Assembly: GCA_012295275.1 (NCBI GenBank)
Contig: CM022665.1
Location: 3,410,001 to 3,474,000, forward strand
Reading direction: 5' to 3'
DNA: 64,000 bases
From: Chrysomallon squamiferum
Lineage: Eukaryota > Animalia > Mollusca
Under the pieces are notes generated by a model, which was not told the origin of the DNA, did not search any database, and saw only the letters and a program-made list of their open reading frames with translations. Position 1 is the stretch's first letter. Each line of letters opens with the position of its first letter. Positions 42,267-64,000 of this stretch are shown one piece after another. The position numbers were made by a program, and so were the translations under genes.

Positions 42267-45200
42267 ATGGTTCTGTCTGCTGCAATTAGCAACATCTCCA
42301 AAAACGCAACTGACATCATGGTGTTTGGTTGTATTGGCAGCTTTGAAACAGTGGCTTGTGTCAGGTAAAAATTAAAATAATATCATTTATTTTTACATAA
42401 ATTAAAAAAAAAAAAAAAAAAAAATAATAGATATTTTAATCCATTGATATTTTAAGTCGAATGTCACATACCATCCATGTGGAATATTTTACAAAGCAAA
42501 AGAGCTCACCACACATATTAAAGTCTTGCTTATTTTTCAGTGTATTTAAAATAATAGAAGGGTTTTTCTAATGTCCTGTCATGGATTAAGTTTCATTTCA
42601 TATGCAGTCCTGCTTCTAAAGGAATGCAACTGCACATTTGTCAGATTTCATAACTTATTTTTATTTACTGTTTGTCATGTTTTTATACAGAAATGCTGTG
42701 CTCTCCTTTCTGGCTGTGGTGACTGCACTGTTGTGTATAATAAAAGTTGTCAGACTACACATGCTACATCATCAAGCCTACCATCAATACATCATCTTCT
42801 ACTTCGCTTCACTGGAAAGTGTTATTGGGTTAGTGCATTGTTTTGCTATTTATTTAGTGTTAAGTACTGAGATGAGTTGGACCAAAAGCTGGTGTTTGAG
42901 CACATTGTTCTGTTTCACATGAGATTAAAATATTTAACATAAACATATTCTGAAATGTGAACAAAATTGCACATGGGTCATTGAGTAACTCTGTGTACAA
43001 ATACCTAAATATTGTCCTTGAATTGCAGTTAAAAAATGCTGTGAATATTTCTTCCAACCCAGTACTTTATGAGAAATTTTGGTATCATATCGACATATGT
43101 TATTAATGAGATCAACAAAAACATTTAAAGATTTTTCTAATTTTGTTAAGTTAAAATATTTTTATTTTTTATTTCATTTTATTATTCAATATTTTATTTT
43201 TTATCTCTTTTATTTTATGTTTTTGTAATGTGCATGAAATTACAGAAAAGATAAGGTTTCTATTACTAACTGAATACAGTGTGTGTGTTTGTGTGCGTTT
43301 TCTTGGTCAAAGGGAGATAATTGAAAGGTAAGTAACAAAATGTAAGACTTCAGTGTAAAAACAGAGACTTACAAGATATGTTTTGTTGTCATTTTTTAAT
43401 GCTACACATATAAAGTCAAATCATTGCTTGTTGTAACTGTACAAAATAACTGAGCGTTTTGAAAACAGTAATAAAACATTATTTTCAATAAACTAGATTG
43501 GGCAAGAGAAACTTTCCCAAATTTCTATATTTTATAGTCAATTTTGCATTATTTTTTAAATCATTAAGCAATTATTCAGTCATAAAAAACTTTAAAATTG
43601 TTATTATTTCAGATGACTGCATATTTAATTGTTATAAATTATTTGGCACTAATTAATAATAGTGTCATACAATCTCACAAAAATTATTATTTAAGATCAC
43701 TGTGCGTTTAATTATTATAAACTTTTTCTCACTAATGTACAACACTGTTCTAAACCTGATGATGTTGTAATTGCAGTGGTGTACACTGGGTGCTGGGCAG
43801 CATTTCCCAGCTAGACTTTGTCCTGCAATGGCTGAAGCTTGTCCAGTTTCTTGTCATGTGCCACTACTACTGGACACTGGCCACCCGAGCTTTACGAAGA
43901 GAACGTTTTGCAAAGAGGTAAAAATAATTCAAAAGAAATTTCATATGTAAGTTCATATTTCAGTAAGGTGACCTGAGAATATGTAAATAATTCACCTACT
44001 GTAAACCATACATAGGTAAATATTGCTGATCATGCACACATAAAACATAATAATTTTTCAACAACAGTGACAAATTGATCGATTCAGCTTTCCACAGATC
44101 AATATTACATATCTCAGTGCCATGGTTTGCTGTTGTTCAGTTAGTTAATACACATGATTCATTCATTCAGCAGCTAATAACACTAACCAATACAAAATGT
44201 ATATTTAACTTACTTTTATGTTTTTTGATGTAACAGAAGACTGAAATGTCACTGAAACACTTATTTTTAAAATGTTAATATTATGACATTTAATTCTTTA
44301 GCTTTAAGTTTAACAGTTTGTGAAAAATAAGAAACAAGTAATAAAACTGTTATGTTACAGGTTTCTGATGCCATTCTTACTGCTCGTGTGTGCATATTTC
44401 ACTGTTATAGCAACTCTGGGGATTATCAATGTGCAGTCTACTTGGGTGGAATGTTTGCGTGAGTACATGACTTTCAAACTGCTTTATTACATTCACATGA
44501 CAATACAAAATAATGTAATTTGTAATACAATTTATTTTGATTTATTTATTTATTTATTTTTTTAAGATAATAATAATAATAATAATAATGTATTTCAAAA
44601 GTCACTTTTGGAATAAAATATTTTTTGATATTTTATCAGTAAAGCTGTATTGAATTTTTAATTTACATCTTTATTTTTATTCTTAACTTCATAATTAAAA
44701 TTTGCTAGTTTTTAATTATTCTGTTAACATGTATTTTAAAATTTATGTTAATGATTTTATACATTTTTTGAATCATAAACATGCAGTATGTTTCATTCTT
44801 TTTCTCTCTTTTTTTAAAGAGAAAAAAAAGAAGAAGAAATAATCACTATTTCCCTTAAAAAAATAATATTGATATGGTGAGGAACTGTAAAAGAAAGAAT
44901 AAACCATTTTTAACTTATTATTGTTAATGAATATGCTTTGTATTTGTCAGTTTTAGTTATCTGGGGCTGTTTGTTGTTTCCATTCTGAGATTTGATGTTT
45001 GTAATATTTTTTGCATCTGCTGCTTGTTTTACACAGAGCCATACTGGTTGGAGTTGTCTGCTGCTGAGTTTACAGTGGTGCAGCTGTTTGCTGTGGCAGG
45101 TTTCTACATAACACGAAGACTCAATGAAATCAGCACTTTGGACTCAGTTCGCTGGGCTCAGAAAAGAGATCTATGGTGGTAAGTGTATACATACTTATTT

Positions 45201-48031
45201 ATTTCAACATTACAATTAGTACGCAGCACGTAAAGATAGGTAGATTAAAAAAAAAAAAAAAAATAATAATAATAATTTAATTTGATTTTTATGTTACTTT
45301 TTATTTTTTTTATTTTTATTTTTTTTTAGAAAAAGTTTAACTCTGTGTCAAAACCAGATAGTTATTTTTATAAAGGGTATTCATTTTGGTTATTAATGAT
45401 TTCAAGTAAAGTTATTAATGAAATGGTTGTTCTTGTTTGTTTGACTGTGTTTCAAACAATAACAGACTGTTTATTTTGTGGGTTTTTTCAGTCTTTACTA
45501 GATACAAATATTTTAAAAATACACTACAAAGGCTATGACTGAAAAATAAAAGTATTCATATTTTGTATGATATTGGGAAAAACAGGCTGAAATTGGAAAT
45601 TGAAAAACACTACCAGCTCAGAATATGGTAGAGACTGTAGGCTTGTAGCAGTGTTTCAGTGAAACTTGGAGATTTGTAAACAAATGATTTTTACTGCAGA
45701 TATAGATAATAAATTTAAAAAAAAAAAAAAAATGTTTTATTACTATGTGGTTTGAACCAAAATAACACCAGACAAACTTGGCTGTTTCATCACTAAGTAG
45801 CAGTGAATCAGTAGGACTGCTACTGTTGTGTTAGCAGATAATTTCAGTGCTTTTTAGTGCTGATTTACAGACTAGAAAGGAGTTCATTTCAACAAAGTAA
45901 CTTGTATCTTTGTTTTAATTTTGTTTTCCAGTATCATCATTGTGTTTGAGATTTCAGCCTTGGTGGGATTTCTCTATGACATCACTCTCATTATTGGTAA
46001 GTAACTGTCAGTAATGAAGAAATGTTTTATTTTAACTATTTGCTAGAGATATTTGTAATCTAATGTTATCATTAAAAAAATAATAATATAGCCTGCCTTG
46101 GTAATTCAATATATTTTATGTTATAATATTAAATTCTTAGTACATAACGCCATTTATGACAAGCAAATTTTCAATGGTAGAATGGCATCATACTGCACTA
46201 TAAAAGCATGATAAAGCAGTAAATACTGGTACTCAGAGAGATAAAGTAAACAAAGTCATTCTAAATTATTTCTTAGACGATGGTCAAATAGATCTGCCAC
46301 ATGATTACATGTGAATGTCAAAAGTAGAAAGCTAAAAGGGTAGAATGTTACTGTGATTTAAATATCTTTTATTTTTTTTTTTTTTTTTCAGTTGGTGACG
46401 AAAATAAAGGCTGCAGTTCCATTTTCGTAAGCCAAATTTTAATAATTTATATATCTGTTTAAAATGAATTGATCAATAATGCAGATTGCAAAGTTATCTT
46501 AAAATTTAACCAGAATTTATGATGGTAGAGTGAATATAAAACACATAACCAGCAAATCATCAGCAGTATTTTGTACAAAGAAACATAAACAAATTTCTTG
46601 GTAGACTGAGTTTATGGTAACTCTACCTGGTTTTAAACACTTAAGGTATACCTAACATACCCATTAGATAGATGTGTATTGCAGTCTGATGGTAAAAAGT
46701 GTATCTACAGTACCCAGGCAAGACATATGATGAAAATATACTGTTGTTAATGAAGTAATTACAACTAGGCAGTTACTACATGTACTCAAGAGATTAACAG
46801 ATTTTTATTTTTAAAAACAAAATTTGTGAAATATATTAGTTATAGAAAGCATGAAGATTTTAACTAAAGTGAATATTGTTGAAATATTTTTAAAAATGTT
46901 TTCTTTTCTAGCTGTACACCCAAGAACTCTACTCTCCCATCTTTGTTGTCTTTACGGTAAATACTGTATATTTGTCAAAAGTGTTATATTATATGGAAGT
47001 ATACATATGAGAGAGAGAGAGAGTAATGTGTTTCATCATTGGTTGTAAGATTTTTTTTGTAGACTAAAAATACATATTTTTTTAAAATGAATGAAAAGCT
47101 AATAGTATGATATATTCTAAGAATTGTTGTTAACAAAAAACAAAAACAACAACAAGAAACACATCCATTTGGAACTATCATTTATAGAATAAATTAATTA
47201 AAAAAAAAAAAACTTTGTAGTATCAATACCTTATGTTGTTGGTGTTGTGGTCTTTATTATTATTATTATTATTGTTATTGTTATTGTTATTGTTATTGTT
47301 ATTGTTACTGTTATTATTATAACAGGTGATCAAGCTGCTTGTTCCTATCTGGGTGATGTTGTTTGTGTTTCAACCCTCACCACCAGCTGCTGACCAAGAA
47401 GATCTTCTTCCTGCGTTCAGTGATGATGGGGTGAGTTGTGGGTAATTCATTTTTTGGGGGATCTCTGACCAGTTTTAAATCATATGCTCAACACTTCATA
47501 CAATAGCTGGCACATTTATCCTAATAATAATCATCTTCAACATAGCTATGGGAAACACTGGTTGGTTATAAAACTGAGACATAAGTAACTTCTTTGTTAA
47601 CCATGATAGGTGGGGAAACCATGATATGAAGTATATATATATACTTCTTGGTTTGATAGAAAAACCAGGATATGGAGTATATATATATACATATTTTATA
47701 CTTCTTGTTTAGTCATGATAAATTTTGTTTGTTAAATAAACCTTGATGTGTGAAGAATTTTCTATAATTAATCCAGATTACTTTATCTTGTCAGACCTAC
47801 ACCTCTGTATTCAGTGACGATCAGCACTATCGCCAGTTATACCACCCCTCAGAGGACTACCGCAGCACTGATGACAACAGCCCCTCCCCCACTGCTGCCC
47901 TTCAGACACCAAGCAATACAACCCTGGCTCGACACAACACAAATCTCGATCCAATCAAAGAAGAATCTCTTGAGAAGTCTTCAGTGTCTACCAACCAATC
48001 AGTGGAATCCAAGACCAAGTTCTATATTTAG
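42267..48031 (+). CDS. Orphan seven-transmembrane protein (GPR137/TOM1-like topology), 367 aa, 10 coding exons
   Basis: Exons 42267-42364, 42691-42828, 43777-43917, 44361-44458, 45037-45178, 45932-45996, 46392-46426, 46912-46956, 47326-47430, 47795-48031; all GT-AG, phases match, 1104 nt. An in-frame TAG at 42243 fixes the start. Seven hydrophobic segments, N-terminal sequons NIS and NAT, Ser/Thr-rich tail. The family assignment is tentative. Confidence 0.85.
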
Positions 48032-51000
48032 TAGCCAATCATAATTACTCATTTTGTTTTTAATTCTGCAATATTTAGTCTCATTTTTTTTTTTAAACTG
48101 AGATGGTTTTGTTTTTGTTTCTGTTTTTTTTTTTTTTTTTTGTATATTTGTGTTATGGATTACTCAGTGTCATATACAGTCTTATAGTTTTAACATTTAG
48201 ATCAAATATCCTAGTGGTTTTTTTAAATTTATTTAATTGGGTTTTGATCCTTATATATAATCTCAAATTTTATTACCTAATAGTTTTTACTGGCAAAAGT
48301 CATTAGTTCATTATTAGTCATACATATTAAGTTCAAGTATCAAAAAATGTTTTTAAAATTTGTGTTGGGAGGATATGATTTGTTCAGGATTACAGATAAT
48401 CTCAGTTTTGTTGAGATAATTTCTGAGGTTAGCATCAAACCTGTTAGATGGTACAAATAAAACTATTGCATTTTAACTGCTCTCTACTTTGATCAGAGAG
48501 TCAGTGCAAAAGGATAAAAAAAAATTATATATTTTATTTTATAAAACAAATAAAAATAATGATTTTAAAATAATGCAATCATGTTTAACACATTAATGAA
48601 ATTTTCTTAAAAGTCATTATTTTCTTAAGAAGAATCAAAATGAAACAAAAACATCAAAAAGAAAAGACATATCAAAATGTTTAAACTGTATAAATAATAA
48701 TTTCTTGATATTGCTCATTTATCTTTTGTTTTTTGTAGTATCTGCTTTTGTTTATACTATTCTACTTCATTTCACTGCTATAAATAGCTTTCTTCATATT
48801 ATGGTGCATGTGATCTATTTTATTAAACTAATATCATAGCAGTTGTGAATACTGAATGTTGCTGTTATTAAGAAAATAAAAATGGCCCGAAAAAATGCCA
48901 CAGAAATATAGCATCTGAACATTTGTCTTGTTACTAAGTGTACTTTCCAAAGGGGACTTGAATACAGTTTAATAATTAAACTTATATTTGTGTTAAAAAT
49001 ATATTGCTTTAGGGAGAAAAAACAAACAAAATTGGCTAAAATTTCTGTGACATTGTGATTTCCTCTGGGCAGTTTGCATGAATTTTGTAATTTGTACATT
49101 GCTTAATTTTATTCTGTATAATACCATCTTTTGGTTGTGTCTAATTAATGTTTTAAAATTTTATATATTTGGTTTCCAATTTGTTAATTTGCATTTGTCC
49201 AGCTTCATTTAAAAATTATAATGTAACTTCTTTAAAATTTAAAATATCTGATTTCAAATTTCATCTGTTCAGTTGTATTAAAAATAATAATCTAAATGTT
49301 TTTATTTACTTTTAAAAATCCAGTTTACTTGTAAAGGCATATTAAATGCTGAAGCTTGGTTTAAATGCCACATATAATTTATTGTCTGTGACAATTTTTA
49401 ATTTTATTTTATATTTAACATATCAGCATTAATTTTGTTAATCTCAACAAGCATATATTGAATACATTTTTGTATCAAGATTTTTTTTTAATATTTCTCA
49501 TTTTCATTTCTTACAACATTTCTGAGCATCATAATTTGGGTTTTTTTTTTTTTTTTCTTCTTCAGGATTTTTTGCAATTTTGTTGTTGTAGGTCTTGTTT
49601 TAATAACGTATAGTGCTTGTTATTGTTTTAAGCATATTACTGTGTTACAGTTGTTGTGTTTTTGTGTGTTGTTGTCTTGTTGCTATGGTTACTGACTGTT
49701 GTGGTATATACCTGTCATGTTGTTAGAGTTATTGATTGTTACATTATTAATTTTACTGTCTTTTATTATGTGCCATAACTTTTCCTTAGAATCTAGTCTT
49801 TACATTGTACATTGATAATATAATATTATCAATATTATTTTGTACATACACTAATTGGTGCATCTTCACGTGTGAATTTTATTAGTAAAAGATCATACTT
49901 TTAAAATGTTTATATACATAAACAAAGGTTATTTAAAATATTTATGATGAATATATAAAAAAGAAAATATATCCTTGTGACATCGTTGGATTATTGTATT
50001 TGTGGTACAGTTTATTGTAACAATGCAGAAATGAATAAGACAATCACTTTAGCAGTTAAGTATTTTGTTTATACACCTCAAATACAAGAAACAAATTAAA
50101 TATTGCTTGCAAATCTGCATAATGCAAGTACACTTTTTGTTTTTACCATCTCAACTGTTAAAAAAAAAAGTAAATAGCAACTGAAATATACAAAATTTAT
50201 TTAAGCTGTTTGTTAAAGGCAAAATGAGTTTCTCCATTTGTGCTGTATGCTTACTTTAAACAGAATATTTATCTCTTTTTTTCTTCAGAGCAGTTTGCAA
50301 AATCAAAGATGATATTTATTGAATTATTATTGAATATTTAAGTCACTGTTAGTGAATTTTCTTTTATTTAAATCTTATAAACGGTTTGATTTTTACCCAT
50401 TGCTTTCTTTTGCATTGGCAACTTTTGAGTTTGTTGTTGTCTTATTTCATTTTATATAGTGCTGACAAGATGAATCCAAAGTGTGATTACTGAAATATTT
50501 GTGTTGGTGCTTGCAGAAATCATGGATAAATTGCATAGCATATTTTGATGCTATGAAAATGTTTTTTCTTTTTTTTCTTTTTTTTTATTCTCCAGCTTAA
50601 AATCTACTTAATTTCAGTGCATTATGCAGTAACATGCAGCATTTTTCACTTTATTTACTGAAATTAGGATGGGAATATTTCTGCAAACTATTTAAAAGAA
50701 TTGCATGTTTTTTTTAACTTTTGTGAGTCTTGCTGGTTATTTTGAATACTTGATAGTTACCATTATTAAAATGTTGCTAAAATTTGAAGCTAATTTTCTA
50801 CAAAGGGGGTGGTTGATTATGTAATGACACAAAGTTGCATATCTCAAAAATTAAATAAGAAAGTAAAATAATTGAAATAAAAAAAAATATATTTTTTATT
50901 TTTTTGCCTTTTTTGTTTTTCCTTCCTTTAGCTAAATAATAAAACTGTCCATTATCCATGATTTTCCTCAGCACCAACACATTAAATTTTATTGATTCAA

Positions 51001-54000
51001 GATTATACATCAGTCTGTTTTTTATTTGTTGTTGATTTGTAAATAATTTCCTCTCCCCAATGTTTTATAATTAACTCTTGCATGTAATAATACAAACAAA
51101 ATTTTATTATTTTTAATAAATTATTTTAGTTTTTATATTCTTTAAAACTGTTTCTGCCAGTGGCATTTAATGTTTGCTTTCCCTTTTAGTTTATTTATTT
51201 TTGTTCTATTTTTATCATTTTTATTTTTTATTTTTTTTTATTTGAATGAATTACATCGAGTTTCATTAGTCTAAAATACTATGAAACACACTCTCATGTT
51301 AACTCGAATATAAACTGACAATTCTTGTTACAAGAATAATGTTATGAATACATATTAGCTTTTTCCATGTAAACTTTAAATTAAAAAAACAACAAGAATT
51401 ATCTAAATAATCAGGTGTTTGTTTGCAGTTTATGCAAATAGTGTAGCAATTCATGATGCTGTAGTAATATTTTAGCCCTTTATGGGTTACACTGTATATT
51501 CTGCTATTATTTATAGCAGTAATATTTTAACATCAATGATGTTTCTGTACTGTATTTATAATACTTGTAAGTTGATCCACAATTCCACATTAATTTTATT
51601 TTTTTTTTTTTTTTTTATTAACAAATTATCTGCATAGAAACATTGAATAAAAATAAATGTTACTTACATTTTCCTGTTAAATTACATTGTTCCATTAAAA
51701 TTTTATTAAGCTGTTTTTGTCAAGTGTAAAATGATTTTTAAATGTTGAGTACATAATTAATATGTATATTAGTATATATGAATGCTTAGTAGTTGAATTT
51801 TTTCACACTATTAAAACATCATGTTACTAACATTGATGTAAGAATGTAAAGAACTATAAATTGTTGTCTTTCAAGTTGTATAAAGTTTTGTTACCAGAAC
51901 AGAGGCATATTTTTAAGAATTTTATTTACATTCACCTTTCTTTTTCTTTTCTTTTCTTTTTTGTATGAAATTTATATTTACGAAGCTGCGCTGAGATAAT
52001 GCACATTTAATTTCAAGAATTTGTTTTTTATTTTGCATTCTGAAGCAGTACTGAGATAAATTGAACAGTTAAAATAAATTATGATTTTAATGAAACATAC
52101 TCCACCAATATCCTTTGTGTTGTTGAAAACCAAAAATGGTAGCAATATATTGCAAGTTCATGATGCAAGTTATGTCACTCATTGATACATGCACATATAT
52201 AATTTATTTATTATTATTTTTTTTATTTTTACTTTTTTTTTTTAAATAGCATTCCTGAAATTTTAGATGCAGTTTGCTTGTTTTTAACAAATATTTCTGG
52301 TTTGAATGTTGTATTTAATTTCAAAAGTTACAAGAAAATTCAAGACCACATTTATTGTTATATCTTAACATAATACAGGCTTATATTATATATAAAGTTC
52401 TGGGATATTTTATTGAGTGAGCATATTATATCATAGATAAATTGTGCAAGATTCTGAGATGTAAATATAATTTTAAATCTTAATTTGGTTTGAAAATGTT
52501 TTGTGGAGATTTTGTTAGTTTTTTTAGTTTAAAACAGAAAGAAAAAAAAATAAAATAAATAAGGCCTTACTAATATTACAGAAGTATTCACTTGACAATT
52601 GTCAATTTATTTAAATAAATTTATTACTTAATGTACATTATCCTGTTTTTTTGGTTGAATATTTCAAAAATCTACTAAATGCTTATAAATATTTATATTT
52701 CATCATTAGAACCAGAATATTAAGATGTAATGAGTTTTCATATTATACTTGTTAGTTTTGAAATCTGAATTTAAATTTTTTTTTTTTTTTTTTTTTTAAT
52801 ATATATGGTAAGTTTAATATCAACTTTTAATCTTCAAATTTTTAAATTAATCTCTTTTAATGTTTGAACTAATTAGTATCACATCAGCATGTTTTTTCAA
52901 ACAATTGTTGTTTAAATATGTAGGAACTAAAACATGCATAGATTGAAAGCATGATTTTTATTCTTTTTTCCTTCTTTCCCCAATACATTTTGACTATTTT
53001 AAGCTGTTGTGTAAATTGTAACTTTGTGCTTTCAAATTTAAATGTTATTATTAGTATTAATAATCTTTAACATAAGTTATTTGTGTCTGTGCATTTAGCT
53101 GTCTTATGGCAATATCCTTACATATTTTTTGTACAATATTGTTATTTCTGGTTTTTAATGTCAGTTAAAAAGATTTTCCACATGTTACTCTTTTTATGTT
53201 TATCAGTTTTTGAAATATTTTACTTCATAAATCATAGCAGCAAATTCTTTCAAGTCCAAATTAAATTTTAATTTTAAATGTTTGGTCTGTTTTAATTCTA
53301 AAACATTTTAATAGTTATTTCTTATGATTTTATCATGAAAAAAAAAAAAAAAAAACAACTCAGGCCACAATATGTTTCTCATTGAACTTGGGTGAATACC
53401 AGTTTGTTAACAAAGGACTAGCCATTTCTGAATCTTATTTTACAACATGAGATTGTATATCAACAAATATTTGGTCAGGTGAAATAAAAATTTTAGTTTA
53501 TTCTATAAAACAGAATTTGTAATACAATATACAATATTGTTTGTTGAACATTATATATGTATATTATTATTATAACACTGTATTGTTTTCAGATAGATTA
53601 AAGAGTTTAAAAATAGTTTCTGAAATGTTTTTAGCTTTTTATTATTTTTATCAATATGAAAATACCAACATCAGATAAAAAAAAAATTATTTGATGGCAT
53701 GATATGACTGAAATTAACTTTTACGTAACTGTACATTGCATTTAGCTTATTGTGGGTATTTCAAATCCATGTGCAAAAAAGCCTCAGCAACAATTATTTC
53801 TTCACATGACTGGGTTTGTCATTCAAAAATCAATTTTGAGCATAAAATACAAATTTTTTTTTTTTTTTTTTTTTATCTACTCAAAAATCTTTCTAAAACA
53901 ATTCACAGAGACACTACAATGCCACAAGGATCTCCTTTCACTGAAAGATTTGTATATCACTGCTGAAGACCAGCTTCTCACACACATTTGTGTTGTAAAT

Positions 54001-54021
54001 ACTCCACTGAACATTCAACCA

Positions 54022-61858
<7,837 letters not shown>

Positions 61859-62100
61859 CTACAAATAAACATTTAAAAAAAATGTCAGTGTATCTTATCA
61901 CCTTGATTGTAACTGGCTGGGAATACGAAATAGTAAAAGAAATTAAAACAAATTTCCTTATGAATTTAGAAGAAACACACAGAGTAATTCTTTTATCAAA
62001 ACAGGTGTAGAGATTTAATATTAACTGATTCTGCTGCTGATCTGAATATCAATACCTTTAATTTAATTTAATTATTTTATTTCTTCCTTAAATTTGTTTA

Positions 62101-62134
<34 letters not shown>

Positions 62135-62807
62135 TTTATTTTTTTTTTTAAAGACTGAACAGGTTAACAGAGTAATTTAATACACTGTTACTGTTACATA
62201 TTTTATTAATATAGTTAGCATTGTTGCTGCTGATATTTTGACAGTTATCACATTATTTTAACAAATTTAAATAAATGTATATTACATTCATTTATTCAAA
62301 CCAAAGACAGGTGAATAATCCAAGTGACACCATCTTTATTTTCTTTCTGTACACGTTCATTAATTTAAATGTTTTTACATTGCACAGTCTGACTTCTCTC
62401 AGACAAGAATGACAGAGTGATGTAAGATTCGAAAATATCTCATCCGAAGATTACACTTGTTTATTCATCGGCAAACATGCATTATTTAAAACATTTCTTT
62501 TATTTATTTCATAACATCCAAATCAACACGATATATTATCTTTTTGTTTGTTGAATAAAGGTCTTCTTCAATTTCCTTTCTGAATCGTTGATAAAAACTA
62601 AGTAATCTGTATATAATTATGTTTTTATTCTTAATGCTTTTCATCTTTTTAAGACTTACAAAATAGGATTTCTTCCTTTGAATATATTTAATATCATTTT
62701 GAAGATTATGTACACATAATTAAAGAAAAATACTTTTTTTTTCTTTCTATAAACTGATATGTAAACACATGCACACGTGAACAGACACACACACACACAC
62801 ACACATG

Positions 62808-62864
<57 letters not shown>

Positions 62865-63014
62865 ACCAAATGTCATATTGCATCAGATTATTTAATATCA
62901 TATTACATCACACTAAAAATCCTACCATATTAATAATAATACAAGAAGAAATTCTCCACATAAACCTTTTTCCTTTTCTTTGACTTTGATTTGTTGTATT
63001 GTAACAGATCACAT

Positions 63015-63320
63015 TAAATCAAATCAAATCATACCATAAAATACCACATTATATCTCATCACCATATCTCATCGTACCTTACTAAATAATATTAAACCAT
63101 AATATCGTAGACCACATCACGCTGTACCATATCATAGCATCACATAACAACATACCTCATCATACCACACTAAACCATGTCATACCATACCGCATCACAT
63201 ACCATATCACAGTACCATACCACATCACTTCACTTATACCACATTACTCTACACTATATCATATTACCTTACACCAGTGAACTACATCAGACCGTTATCT
63301 ACCACATCAAATTATATCTT
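63015..63320. repeat. Degenerate pentameric (ATACC/ATCAC/ACCAC)n low-complexity tract
   Basis: Visible 5-bp periodicity. Confidence 0.75.
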
Positions 63321-63354
63321 ACCATACACACAACAAACAGTCACACATAGTCAG

Positions 63355-63391
<37 letters not shown>

Positions 63392-64000
63392 CAAACATCT
63401 ATTAGATATTTATAGATAACAGTACATTCGGTTCCTGGCAGGGAAATTGGTGTAATCGTTGCACTATTTCTTTCGAGAAAGCTCTTTGGCATTAAAGTTG
63501 ACAATATTCAATTACTGTCTCATCAGCACTTTAAATCGTCACATTAGGCCAAGGTCACGACAGTGAACCATATTACCTGACAGTAGCTGCAGCAGGAATC
63601 AGAGTATTAAGGTTTCATAAAGCTGGATTCCCACCTACATGTGTCTAACCCAGTCACAGATAAACCAGCTGTCTGTCGTTGCTATAATTACAAACACAGG
63701 CAATCTCGCTCTCACATACGAATCAGGCAAAACAATAAAATGCATGCACTGTTTATGTGTGTTTCTAAAATATACAGAAAATCTTTCTTTCTTATAATTT
63801 TTTTTTTTTTTGGATGAATCTGAGGGTCTGCAAGCAAGAAATTCAAGAATTCCATAAAGCTTTTAGAAGAATCTGGTAAGCGTTTTTTTTTTTCTCTTTT
63901 TTTTTTTTTTTTACAAATAATTATAATTGTTATATTTTTTGGTTAATATATTATTTAAAGGAAGAAATTTTTTTTTTTTTTTTTTTTTTTAAATTACTCA

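Noticed and set aside
63577-63654. AG/GT-bounded segment as the missing first coding exon of SUPT3H
   Set aside because: Stops in all three frames and no Spt3 N-terminal motif.

Overview
AT-rich, microsatellite-dense eukaryotic DNA with spliceosomal introns; gene and repeat content suggest an invertebrate, probably a mollusc (inference). Most entries in the ORF track are microsatellite artefacts. Reading GT-AG sites and checking intron phase by hand gave six genes: (1) the last exon of a transgelin/calponin-family gene (+); (2) a complete DGCR6/gonadal orthologue (+); (3) a five-exon Mab-21/cGAS-like receptor (cGLR) nucleotidyltransferase (+) with an intact catalytic triad, no Zn-thumb and a ~40-aa C-lobe insertion, bracketed by direct repeats; (4) a convergent 12-exon, ~986-aa single-pass receptor (-) built from a signal peptide, EMI domain, two 4-Cys EGF-like modules, Met/Pro/Arg repeats, a 6-Cys module, a microexon stalk and a tail with PPxY and ITSM motifs; (5) an orphan 10-exon 7TM protein (+) with lysosomal sorting motifs and a possible ~5 kb 3' UTR; (6) SUPT3H (-), with its first coding exon not found in the window. 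Also present: hAT and Tc1 fossils, MITEs, SINE remnants, tRNA-like tandem units, two displaced exon-fragment copies and a candidate C/D-box RNA. The best candidate for an undescribed system is the cGLR plus the ITSM receptor as a possible innate-immune pair; that link is inferred from adjacency and motifs only.
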